A stretch of DNA of 64,000 bases from Thermodesulfobacteriota bacterium (GCA_963675595.2 CAXXLZ010000001.1:1472001-1536000), one strand, 5' to 3'. Positions 21,328 to 31,676 are shown, numbered from the stretch's first letter. Program-made: numbers and translations. Notes: generated from the sequence alone by a model not told the origin.

Positions 21328-21523
21328 TGTCAAGCCCCCAGTTTTTGGTCCAGGAGTTATGAGAGTTTTATCATGACTCGCGGTTTTCCATCCCCGGCCC
21401 TTGGGGCCTCGGCGAAGCCGAGCTGAGCGAGGCGGAGTCGATGCCCCAAGGACCAAGCAAAGAAATCACAGGGCCTTGAGAAAAACTCTCATAATTGCTG
21501 GACCAAAAACCGGGGGCTTGACA
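21328..21523. mobile_element. 196-bp non-autonomous IS3-derived element made of two inverted right ends
   Basis: Begins TGTCAAGCCCCCAGTTTTTGGTCCAG (about 120 bp near-identical to the IS3 right end at 24240-24365) and ends CTGGACCAAAAACCGGGGGCTTGACA. No target duplication. Confidence 0.8.
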
Positions 21524-21892
21524 CTGCTCCGCAATCTCGTTCATGCTTTCGAATACCCTGATCACTTCCTTGGCGAAGAATTCGTTGTTCTCGATCGAAG
21601 GCCTTTGAACGCAACCATCACTCCTCACAACGCTCGCCTGGTAGACCAGCTTGAAGGCCATACCAAGCCGAGCCTGCATGGTACGATCATCCTTCCATTT
21701 CCTTCGCACGACAGGCTTCACGTTTTGTGGCGAACCTGGGTCTTCTTTCTCCAGCAGTTCATCGATCATTTCCGACGCTTCTTCCAAGGTCAGGCTTTCC
21801 AAGGCTCGATCAAATCTGGTCTCGGTTCGATTGATCAAGTCAGCCAAGAATTCAACCTGCTTTGGGCTTGCCATTCTACTTACAGCTTCCAT
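21524..21892 (-). pseudogene. Mobile-element-type hypothetical protein, 3' end cut by the IS-derived element
   Basis: RBS GGAGG; N-terminal ASPKQ..L...LTLEEASEMIDELL motif; reads into the IS end (CQAPGFW). Confidence 0.55.
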
Positions 21893-22056
21893 TTTCTTTT
21901 CCTCCGAGTGAGCGGCTTTATTGCCCCTCTCCTCAGGTCTTTAGGGAGAGGGGTACATGCGAAACACGAAAAGTCTGTATGATGGGAAGCATTGGTCAGG
22001 AGGGCCGGAACCGAGCACGGAAAGTGCGATCTCCGGTTTGGTTCGGTGCTATTTCT

Positions 22057-22090
22057 GTGTGAGAATCCGTGTGAGACTTTGTGTGTGAAT
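22057..22090 (+). repeat. Three tandem 10-bp direct repeats (putative integrase arm-binding sites)
   Basis: GTGTGAGAAT, GTGTGAGACT and GTGTGTGAAT at a 12-bp period, 100 bp from the tRNA fragment. Confidence 0.6.
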
Positions 22091-22190
22091 TAGGCTTCTT
22101 TTTGGAAAATTGGCAAAAATTTGCAGAATCTGGACCGTGTAATTTCAGCAACTTAAGCAAAATGAGGAAGTTGTGAAGCTAAGAGTCGCT

Positions 22191-22237
22191 GACTTCGAAT
22201 CCGCAGGTCGCACGTTCGAGTCGTGCCGGGCGCGCCA
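22191..22237 (+). mobile_element. 3' half of tRNA-Arg(UCG) = att core of a tRNA-integrated element
   Basis: GACTTCGAATCCGCAGGTCGCACGTTCGAGTCGTGCCGGGCGCGCCA has the anticodon loop, T-arm (GCACG-TTCGAGT-CGTGC), 3' acceptor strand and CCA. The 5' acceptor strand and D-arm are absent. Confidence 0.82.
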
Positions 22238-23067
22238 ATAAATAGTGCACCATATCAAGAGGTTAGCCGTACAGGTTATCCCCTTTCTTTTGAGTACCAA
22301 TAATGCCCCCTGATTATGACTGAATTTCACCACGGATTACACGGGCTGCATAAGCATGAACATTGAGAAACTGTGCTGACAAACTCATATTCTTCTCGAC
22401 AAGAGTCAAGAGTTGACTTGACCCCTTTCACAAAGCGCTTGGAAGTCCGGACCGAGGTCGCGACACCAGACCCCATGCGCTTATCCCCAACAAGTTGAGG
22501 GCATTTTCGAGAAACGCCGCAAGCTTGGGCACTGCTTGTCGGTCTGCCTCCTCCACGACCCATCGAGCAAGATCATGCTTGTCCTGCTCGCTGATCACGT
22601 AGCGAACGCCCGTAGGTGCTCGAATCTCCAGCTCCGCCTGACGCTGCTGGCTTCCGATAAACTCTTCGATGAGCGACACAGGCAATAGATCCTCGATCTC
22701 GGCGACCTGTCGCACATGGTCGTATGCGCTTTTGGGCAAGTCTATTGCATCGATGGGGACCGAGACGACAGGATGTCGGAACTCGACGAGCTGCTTTCGC
22801 AGCCGCTTCCCGATGACGTCGGAATCAAGAACCGCGACACAGGGTCGGCCTTGGTTACGGAGGGCGATCGCCTGCTCTGCAACGATACTGGCACCGCCGC
22901 AGTCCCGAACATCAACGGCAGATGACGATGGCAGGCCTTGCAGTAGCCATTCGAAATAGACCCTGTCAGTGTAGCCCTCTACGAGCAGGGTCGGTCGTGT
23001 CGGCGGTGGCGACGTGGCCTGTCGATACGCCGAAGCAGCATCTGCTGCCTGTAGATGCCCGGAGAAG

Positions 23068-24365
23068 TGGAATGCCCCCCGATAATTGGTCCATGTATAA
23101 TGAGAGTCTGAATGCCCAAAGAACGGAAGGAGACTTTTTGCATGGCCAAGAGAAAGAGACACAGCGCGGAGCAAATCATCCGGAAACTTGAAGACGCGGA
23201 CCGTCGTCTGACGGCAGGGCAGACGATAGCGCAGGTTTGCCAATCGCTGGAGGTGAGCGAGGCGACGTACCACCGGTGGCGAAACCAGTATGGGGGGATG
23301 AAGGCTGAGGAGGCCAAACGGCTAAAAGAACTGGAAAAGGAAAATGCACGCTTAAAAAAGCTGGTCGCCGATCTGATGTTGGACAAGGCAATGCTGAAGG
23401 ATCTTGCGGAGGGAAACTTCTAAGCCCGGCGCGTCGTAGGAAAGCGGTTGATTATGTTCGAAGTGAACATGCCGCTTCAGAGCGTCGGGCCTGCCGCGTA
23501 GCCGGTCAACACCGATCCACCCAACGTTATGAGCCGAAGGAACGGGACGATGAGGTGGAACTGATCAAGGCTCTTCACCGGTTGGTTGGAGAACATCCCC
23601 GTTTTGGATGCCGTAGGATCACTCGGCTGCTGCGTGATGCGGGGTGGGCGGTAAACTACAAGCGAATTCATAGACTTTGGAAAGAGGAGGGATTCAAGGT
23701 ACCTCGAAAAGCCAAGAAGAAACGCTTCCTGGGAGTTGATGCCAATGCGTGCAACAAGCGTAAGGCGGCTTTTGCAAATGATGTCTGGACGTTGGATTTC
23801 ATTCATGACCGCTTGGTCGACGGCCGTCAGTTCAAGTGCTTGGCCATTGTCGACGAGTTTACTCGGGAAAACCTGGCCCTGAGGATCAACCGCTCCATTA
23901 CGGGTGAAGACGTTTTGAACGAGCTGAGCCGATTGATGGGCGAGCGGGGAGTTCCAACGGGCATTCGATCGGATAACGGTCCCGAATTTATAGCCCAAAA
24001 GGTGAGAAATTGGCTGAAAGACCTGGGAGTGGGAACCTTTTTCGTCGAGCCGGGAGCCCCTTGGCAGAACGGGTACGTGGAAAGTTTCAACAGCCGTTTT
24101 CGGGATGAATTCTTGAACATGGAAATTTTCAACAACATCAAGGAAGCGCAGACTCTGGCCGCCAAATGGCGGAAAGTCTATAACGAGGAAAGACCGCACA
24201 GTGCATTGAATTACATGACCCCGGCCCGGTTCGCGGCGAGCCCTTGGGGCCTCGACTCCGCCTCGCTCAGCTCGGCTTCGCCGTGGCCCCAAGGGCCGGG
24301 GATGGAAAACCGCGAGTCATGATAAAACTCTCATAACTCCTGGACCAAAAACTGGGGGCTTGACA
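23068..24365 (+). mobile_element. IS3-family insertion sequence (1298 bp), copy 1
   Basis: TG..CA ends with imperfect IRs (TGGAATGCCCCCCGATAATTGGTCCA / TGTCAAGCCCCCAGTTTTTGGTCCA), 4-bp TSD GAAG, orfA/orfB with a GGGAAAC slippery site. Confidence 0.96.
23142..24322 (+). CDS. IS3-family transposase OrfAB (programmed -1 frameshift near 23415)
   Basis: OrfA HTH (VSEATYHRWRNQYGG) to 23423; OrfB DDE (WTLDF, IRSDNGPEF, ESFNSRFRDE). Confidence 0.93.
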
Positions 24366-24973
24366 GAAGCCCCAGCCAGCTCCCTTCAAGCCGCCAAGAA
24401 ACCCGTCTACCGTTCGAAACCCCTCTGGCATCCCGCTGGCACAGCAGAACTTGGCGCACTCCTGAATCGCAACGAGATCGCCCGTCAGGCAGTTCAGCAC
24501 GATCCAGCTCTCCACGAAGGCTTCGACGTCTTGGGGCCGCGACACTAGATCATCCAAGAACACCAACGCAGTATCAGGGCGCTTCGCGAGAAGCAGGTTC
24601 CGCGTCCGAGTGGACAGCTCTGTCATTGAAGCGAGAAGCGAGTGGTCTGACGCCACAACAAGCCTGATCAACTCTTCGCGGAGCCCCTTCGAGAACTTGT
24701 CGAGGTCGTCCGCTATGACTGATAGTCCCGAGCGGGACTTGAGTAGCGCGATGGAATCGGTGCAGTCACTTCCGTCTGGAGGAGGCATCACCACGGCATC
24801 AGCTACTTCATGGCCAACTGCAGTCAGAAGGTGCGACTTCCCGGCGCCTACCGCCGCAACGATGACACATGTACTCGGCGTCTCCCCGATCCATGAACGG
24901 ACTGAGGCGACCGCCGCAGACATCGACGAAGAAATTTGTACAGTGTGGCCTGGGTCCAGTAAGCTCATGCTTC

Positions 24974-27900
24974 TCAATCCCCTGAAAGAGCTTTAATTTG
25001 CAGGCCCCGATAGTTGATTGCGATGGCTACCGGCACAAACTCACCGATTTCCAGACCAGACGGCGCCACCTGCATCTCCACCTCCGGATGCATTTCGAGG
25101 ACGGTGCCTAAGGACTCGATGCGTACCACAGCACGGTCTCCTCTCCGAGCCTGGACCCGCGCCGCGTACGACCGTGCTCGCCCGTCTTCGCCACTCACGA
25201 TGGCAAGCTCACCTACTCGCCTCCTCATGCCGATCGACCTACGTTCCAAGCGAGAAAAAGTCTCGCGAGCGCCGTCTGCGTCCCCAAGCTGAAGTTGCGC
25301 CCAGCCGAGCAGGAAGGTGGTCAGAGGGTGCTCCGAGTCCTCCGCTATCGCAAGCCGCCCGCGCGCGACCTGAAGAAGCTGTTCCCAGGCGCTTTCGGGA
25401 GCCCGGCAGCATGCCGCATGCTCTGTGCCGAACTTCGAACCGGCCCACCCGTCGATCCAAAGACGGCATAGGTATCGCAGCACACGGACATCAGAGAGAA
25501 CGACTGGCCCGTAGCCAAGAAACCGCTCCAGCTCGGCCCGGCACATTGCCGGATCATGTTTGGCATCTTCGACCGCCAATCGCGACAGGACAAGCTCGCC
25601 AGCGAAGTTCCCGCGTTCGCGCATTTCGGCCGCACGCTCCTTCGCAAGCGGTGCAGCACCAAGGATCGAATCGAGTTCGATGAGTCGTCCGTCGAGGCGG
25701 CTTTGCTGCTCCTCGTCGACGATCTGTTCGTCGCAGGCAACCTCCAACGCCATCTGCATCGTCGAAAGAAGTTCTGCCTCAATGTCGCCGTCACCTTCCC
25801 CGGCAGCCGCCAGAAGCTTGCATGCGTCTCGGTTCGCCCAGAACAGGATATCCAGCGGGTGGTACTGCGTGTCGTAGGAGCGAGCCATCATCACATCGGC
25901 CTGCAGCGCGTTCAGAACGTCTCGTATACCTTTTGCTGATGGCGTGCCTTCCCGCATGATGATGTTTAGCTCGGTGCCACGGATGTCAGCTGCCAAAGTC
26001 AAGGCTCGCTGCAGTTCGAAGCTCCGCGCTTCGCTCGGGTGCCGCGCCCGGAGAACTTCGATAGCGGAATCCAGGAGTTCCAGCGCTTCGCGGCACTGCT
26101 GCCGCTTCTCTTCGGCTAGAGCCTCAGCGTCGCGCTCTGCGATGTCGCCCCTAATGATCGCCTCAAGACTCAGTAACCCAGGATGGCGCTTCCCATGTGA
26201 TTTCCAAATGCTTGATAGAATGTCCGCGAGCTCCTGGAGGGCCGGGATCGTCCCAAAGTCGGTAGCTGCTTCACCACGCGGTCCGACTTGCCGAAGCAAT
26301 CGGATCATGTAGTCTTGCGTAGGGTTGACACCAGGAAACGCCTCCAAATCCCAGGGAACTCGGTCGACAAGCTTCCGCAGCACGCTAAGCTGCAATGCCG
26401 CGCTTGCGCGAATCGCTCGGAGCAGCCATTGGGCGTGAAGGCGATGGGCCGTCATAAACACGATAGTCCCTTGATGATCCAACTTGACCTCTTGGATAAG
26501 CGCTGTCTCACCCAATGCCCACTCGATGCGCTGGAACGAGCGAAGAAGGTCGCTGCCCAGGATCACGAATAGCGTGTCCGTAGCCACGGGCAGGTCCGTG
26601 GCGGCGCAGAATAGTATGATCTCTATAAGGTCGCGTACGGAAGAATCCGCCTCAAAACGTACGCTGGGCTCGTCGGCGGAAGTATCAGACGTAAGGTCAG
26701 GAAAAAGCGAGCGAAGTTTGGCGGCGAGGGGACCTTCTGCGGTCTTGCTGTCGCCGCTCGTGGGCTGAGCTTTTTGGATCACCCGTTCGTACTCTTGAAG
26801 CAGTGCGGCGGTCGATCCATACCCGACTTCCGGTAGAACTTTGTTAAGACGGCTCAAGAAGTCCCGCCCCCCGCCACCCGGATCGACGAGATCGTGTCTC
26901 GCGAGGAAGCTATCCCACCGAATGGACTCTTCCGGTGAGAAAGTCAGGCTGATCGGATAACGCGTGTATCTACGGTCCAGCTCGCCGTCGTCCACGAAAG
27001 CAGTCTCCGTGCCAACCAGAACCAAGCGCCGGCCGTCCGCGAGCAACTTGTTGAGGACACGGACGTACTCCTCGGGGAGCAGGCCATCTGCTACCAGAAC
27101 CGTCCACGGTATCCCTCGGGACTCTGCCATGCGAACGACACGCTCGAGCTGCGTGCTGTCGATTCCCGATAGACCCGGCAATAGCCAGAGTACAAACGAA
27201 CGGTGGTCGCTGCGGAGCCGCCACGCGACCTCCAAAAGACAAACAGACTTCCCGATGGCTGGTGGCCCCGACAACATGAGTGGACGACGCATCGGCCCGC
27301 CGCCGCGTTGGGTGCGGAGGGACTGCTTCGGGGAGGCTATAAATCCGGCGACATCGTCAACCAGGCTGGTCGTTACATCGCGCGGGAAGCAGTAGCCGCA
27401 AGCTGCAGCGCCCCAATCCGGGATGCCTACGTGAGCCCGCGCGACAAAGCCCGCGAGCCCTCCTTTTTGCCGCTCAGATCCCGAGGTGCGCAATTCATCC
27501 AACTCGGCATCGTCGATGACTGAGCCAACGCGCTGGATTTCCCTCCAGTCCTTTGCGGAGAAGCGCACCGTCTTCGGGTCATTGCCGACGGCGACCGTGA
27601 CTGTGTGGTCGTCTACTCCGAATACGGCTTTGCGCCCTACCGCCAAGTGTCCGAATAGTTCATCGTCAAAGGCCCAGTCGGCGAGTGCGCTCGTAAGCCT
27701 CTGGTCTTCGAAGAAGACCAACCCGTCAAGGTCGTTGCGAAGACTTGGCGGTGCCCAACCGAACCAGTAGACCATTCCGGCAGGGATCTTGCGCAGGACC
27801 TGACCCAGCACGGCCCAAGACACATCGTCGAGCCAGGCATCTGAACTCATGCCCTCCACGACAAGAGCGCCTCGTGTTCCGAGTAGCTGCGGCAGCGCAT

Positions 27901-28396
27901 CGAACGCTTTCGGCAGTTTTAGAAGCAGCTTCTCCGACAAAGTGTCTAAACCAGGGGGTGCGAGGTCCCCCGATAAGCCAGCTCTCCCGAAAACATGAAA
28001 GAGGTGTAGAGTCGCGGGCGAGTGGGCTCCGGCTGTAAGTGCGATCCGCTCTGCTGCGGATTCTACGAGGCGTCTTGATCTTCCCGCGGCGTTCAGGGCG
28101 TCCAGAAAGCCACGATCAATGGCCGTCGAGACCACAGACGTCCATGGCAGGGAAGCGAGTTCGACAAGTGGAACGTGTCGCGTTGCCGTGAACTCGGCCA
28201 TCGACGCTGTCAGAGTGGATGCATCCAGTCGAGACAGGGCCTCTCTGAGCGATGTAAAACGTGTCGTCGCTAGATTGGATGCCTCCCTGACGACGTTTTC
28301 AACGAGCCCCTCAGTGTGGTCCTGGCCGAGCAACAGACAGGCACGGCCTTCGGAAATCGCAGTGACTAGAAAGTGTGCCATTGTCTTCTCCATCAT
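24974..28396 (-). CDS. Large sirtuin-like (degenerate) + STAND-like P-loop NTPase + helical-repeat + OB-fold protein; candidate defence sensor
   Basis: SIR2-like strand motifs in order but degenerate (CLLLGQD, PWTSVVSTAID, LFHVFG, LVVEGMSSD); Walker A SGPPAIGKS, Walker B VLVADG; long helical region; C-terminal beta-rich domain (GEFVPVAIAINYRGLQI). Confidence 0.75.
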   Translation of the reverse strand: MMEKTMAHFLVTAISEGRACLLLGQDHTEGLVENVVREASNLATTRFTSLREALSRLDASTLTASMAEFTATRHVPLVELASLPWTSVVSTAIDRGFLDALNAAGRSRRLVESAAERIALTAGAHSPATLHLFHVFGRAGLSGDLAPPGLDTLSEKLLLKLPKAFDALPQLLGTRGALVVEGMSSDAWLDDVSWAVLGQVLRKIPAGMVYWFGWAPPSLRNDLDGLVFFEDQRLTSALADWAFDDELFGHLAVGRKAVFGVDDHTVTVAVGNDPKTVRFSAKDWREIQRVGSVIDDAELDELRTSGSERQKGGLAGFVARAHVGIPDWGAAACGYCFPRDVTTSLVDDVAGFIASPKQSLRTQRGGGPMRRPLMLSGPPAIGKSVCLLEVAWRLRSDHRSFVLWLLPGLSGIDSTQLERVVRMAESRGIPWTVLVADGLLPEEYVRVLNKLLADGRRLVLVGTETAFVDDGELDRRYTRYPISLTFSPEESIRWDSFLARHDLVDPGGGGRDFLSRLNKVLPEVGYGSTAALLQEYERVIQKAQPTSGDSKTAEGPLAAKLRSLFPDLTSDTSADEPSVRFEADSSVRDLIEIILFCAATDLPVATDTLFVILGSDLLRSFQRIEWALGETALIQEVKLDHQGTIVFMTAHRLHAQWLLRAIRASAALQLSVLRKLVDRVPWDLEAFPGVNPTQDYMIRLLRQVGPRGEAATDFGTIPALQELADILSSIWKSHGKRHPGLLSLEAIIRGDIAERDAEALAEEKRQQCREALELLDSAIEVLRARHPSEARSFELQRALTLAADIRGTELNIIMREGTPSAKGIRDVLNALQADVMMARSYDTQYHPLDILFWANRDACKLLAAAGEGDGDIEAELLSTMQMALEVACDEQIVDEEQQSRLDGRLIELDSILGAAPLAKERAAEMRERGNFAGELVLSRLAVEDAKHDPAMCRAELERFLGYGPVVLSDVRVLRYLCRLWIDGWAGSKFGTEHAACCRAPESAWEQLLQVARGRLAIAEDSEHPLTTFLLGWAQLQLGDADGARETFSRLERRSIGMRRRVGELAIVSGEDGRARSYAARVQARRGDRAVVRIESLGTVLEMHPEVEMQVAPSGLEIGEFVPVAIAINYRGLQIKALSGD

Positions 28397-28881
28397 CGGC
28401 TCCCCACCTCTTCAGTTAAAAGACCAGACTCGCTCAACACCTCTGCCGTGCCGGAATGCGCAGCCATCCCACCTCTAATAGAGACAACCAGCATCACGCC
28501 ACATCCTGTGGTCCTCGGCGCTACGGTTTGCGCGCGCATAGAGAGTAGAACCAATTTCAACAAAGAGCTGATCCGGCTCCAGAAGCCAGGACGGCGTCAG
28601 ATTGTTTCTTTGATCAAGACAACGCATCCTCAACCTCGATCAAGCAAGTAGCGGCAGCGGCCGAGAATCTATGATCGGCGGCATGCCGCTTGACGGTACA
28701 CTGCTTCACACGGTCCTCCGCAGCTGAGGAGTAACCTATGTTATGTCCCAGCACTATCATTTCATGCTGACTCTTTGACTATCACAATATGTTGATCTCC
28801 AAAATATTACTTACCATGTTCGATAAAGTTATGTCTATCGTACAAAATAGTGTACCTTATTATACTACTGTCCGGTTATAA

Positions 28882-31341
28882 CTAGTTGAAATTAAGGGTT
28901 AATTGTTGCTGATGTGAAGATGTTTGTTTTAGTGTTCCTGGATCAAATAAGCACCATATGTTTCGTCGGTTGAAGAGGTTCAATTGGAGTAGACGGAGTA
29001 TTTGAGAGAGACTGTTCCCCAAGCGGGCCAGGAATTTGTAGTAGGCCAGCAGAAGCATGGTGATCAGGGCGATCCAGAGCTGAGTGAGTACGGCGTTTTT
29101 AGTAGTCCCGAAGAAGGTTTTGACCTTAAGGTTCTGTTTGATCCACTTGAAAAACAGCTCTATCTGCCAGCGCTCCCGGTAGATATCTGCGATGGTTTTT
29201 GATGAGAGTCGAAAGATATTGGTTAGATAGACATAATGTTTTTTCGTTTCAGGATCCCGATATCCCACCCGTCGAAGTGGGATGGGGCACTCTTTGGCCT
29301 TCGTACCGGTGAGGATGATGGTCTGATCCGAGGTTACTCCTTTGGATTTGAGGACCCTATGACGTTTTACGACCTGGTACTTGATGTTCTTTTTCATCCG
29401 AGTCACGAAGGAGGTGTTGTTCTCGTTGAGATCCCGAAACCAGGCGAAATCAACGTATGCGCGATCCATGGCCACGATGGAGCCCGAAGGCAGCCGAAGC
29501 AACTTGGCTACGGTGAGGTCCGCTTTCTTGGCCTCGGAGACTTGTACGAAAGCCGGAATGTACCCATCGTGGTCCAAGAGCGTGTGTAGTTTGATGCCGC
29601 CCTTGGTGGTCCGAAACTTGGCCCAATCAAACAGCGACAGGCATAAATCCACCACCGATGCGTCCAGGGAGTACAGCTTGTTCTTGAAGCGAAATCGCTT
29701 CCTCGGGGCTACGGACGCGCACATTTTGTACTGATGATGGAAAACGGCTTCGAAAAATCCGGCGTCACGGCTGCTGTTCGCGTCCGCGAGAGTGGAACGC
29801 TTCACCGTACGCGCACCCAAATGATAAAGCCTTCTCGACTGAAACCTGTGTCAAGCCCCCAGTTTTTGGTCCAGGAGTTATGAGAGTTTTATCATGACTC
29901 GCGGTTTTCCATCCCCGGCCCTTGGGGCCACGGCGAAGCCGAGCTGAGCGAGGCGGAGTCGAGGCCCCAAGGGCTCGCCGCGAACTGGGCCGGGGTCATG
30001 TAATTCAATGCACTGTGCGGTCTTTCCTCGTTATAGACTTTCCGCCATTTGGCGGCCAGAGTCTGCGCTTCCTTGATGTTGTTGAAAATTTCCATGTTCA
30101 AGAATTCATCCCGAAAACGGCTGTTGAAACTTTCCACGTACCCGTTCTGCCAAGGGGCTCCCGGCTCGACGAAAAAGGTTCCCACTCCCAGGTCTTTCAG
30201 CCAATTTCTCACCTTTTGGGCTATAAATTCGGGACCGTTATCCGATCGAATGCCCGTTGGAACTCCCCGCTCGCCCATCAATCGGCTCAGCTCGTTCAAA
30301 ACGTCTTCACCCGTAATGGAGCGGTTGATCCTCAGGGCCAGGTTTTCCCGAGTAAACTCGTCGACAATGGCCAAGCACTTGAACTGACGGCCGTCGACCA
30401 AGCGGTCATGAATGAAATCCAACGTCCAGACATCATTTGCAAAAGCCGCCTTACGCTTGTTGCACGCATTGGCATCAACTCCCAGGAAGCGTTTCTTCTT
30501 GGCTTTTCGAGGTACCTTGAATCCCTCCTCTTTCCAAAGTCTATGAATTCGCTTGTAGTTTACCGCCCACCCCGCATCACGCAGCAGCCGAGTGATCCTA
30601 CGGCATCCAAAACGGGGATGTTCTCCAACCAACCGGTGAAGAGCCTTGATCAGTTCCACCTCATCGTCCCGTTCCTTCGGCTCATAACGTTGGGTGGATC
30701 GGTGTTGACCGGCTACGCGGCAGGCCCGACGCTCTGAAGCGGCATGTTCACTTCGAACATAATCAACCGCTTTCCTACGACGCGCCGGGCTTAGAAGTTT
30801 CCCTCCGCAAGATCCTTCAGCATTGCCTTGTCCAACATCAGATCGGCGACCAGCTTTTTTAAGCGTGCATTTTCCTTTTCCAGTTCTTTTAGCCGCTTGG
30901 CCTCCTCAGCCTTCATCCCGCCATACTGGTTTCGCCACCGGTGGTACGTCGCCTCGCTCACCTCCAGGGATTGGCAAACCTGCGCTATCGTCTGCCCTGC
31001 CGTCAGACGACGGTCCGCGTCTTCAAGTTTCCGGATGATTTGCTCCGCGCTGTGTCTCTTTCTCTTGGCCATGCAAAAAGTCTCCTTCCGTTCTTTGGGC
31101 ATTCAGACTCTCATTATACATGGACCAATTATCGGGGGGCATTCCACCTGAATTGATTCACAATATCCCGAAGGCCACATCTTGTGGTGATTTGAGCAAA
31201 CATCATCACAACAAACTGTTCCCAGCGGTCAAGCGTTCGATACTTTCGCACAGGACGATAACCTTGGTTCTCAATGCGTCGAAAATCATGTCTATCAACC
31301 AGTTGAAGCAGCTGACCGAATATAGTATTAACATGTGCCAT
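28882..31341 (-). pseudogene. IS4-family transposase interrupted by IS3
   Basis: MAHVNTIFGQLL..DIVNQFR|FQSRRLYHLG.. rejoins in frame after IS3 removal; SLDAS, MDRAY and YRERWQIELFFKWIKQ motifs. Confidence 0.92.
29849..31146 (-). mobile_element. IS3-family insertion sequence, copy 2 (near-identical to copy 1)
   Basis: Same ends and ORFs (orfA 30791-31102, orfB 29892-30659) in reverse orientation; 4-bp TSD CCTG. Confidence 0.96.
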
Positions 31342-31676
31342 GGCCTGATTCTCCTTTCGCTTCAATTAGTTACAGGCAAAACTAATATAGCACGAAAGGG
31401 CCATTTCAGGCCTATTTTTGTTCGCTTAACCGGACAGTTGTGACCTTATTACAAGGGTAAAAGGTCGTATATATCATGGGACTATTAAATAAGAATGAAG
31501 AAGGTATGCATATGATCATAATAGAGTTGCGATAATTATATTCTGCACATATGAACTTATGGTTGATTATCCTATCTCGCAACTCTTAGTGACACATGAC
31601 CCTCATGCGCTGGCTGTACTGGGCCCTTGCTATACAGTCATACGTCGCACATGTGCCTGCAAATGTGCCTGATCAT

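Larger units (their letters stand above)
22428..24968 (-). pseudogene. AAA+ (sigma54-activator-like, no GAFTGA) fused to OLD-type TOPRIM nuclease; split by IS3
   Basis: Removing the IS (23068-24365) and one GAAG copy joins ..GWGF|SGHLQ.. in frame. Walker A AAVGAGKS, Walker B VIADD; TOPRIM LLVEGYTD, DCGG, VLDSD, EIEDLLP. Confidence 0.8.
28863..31442 (-). mobile_element. IS4-family element (about 1.28 kb net) carrying a nested IS3
   Basis: IRs TACTACTGTCCGGTTA / CACAACTGTCCGGTTA; 9-bp TSD ACCTTATTA at 28854-28862 and 31443-31451. Confidence 0.92.

Noticed and set aside
21328-21426. Shared C-terminal peptide CQAPSFWSRSYESF.. on several ORFs as a protein domain
   Set aside because: Translation of the IS3 right end appended to truncated genes.
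22161-22237. Complete tRNA-Arg gene
   Set aside because: No 5' acceptor strand (GCGCCCG expected) or D-arm, and the anticodon stem is mismatched; only the 3' half is present.
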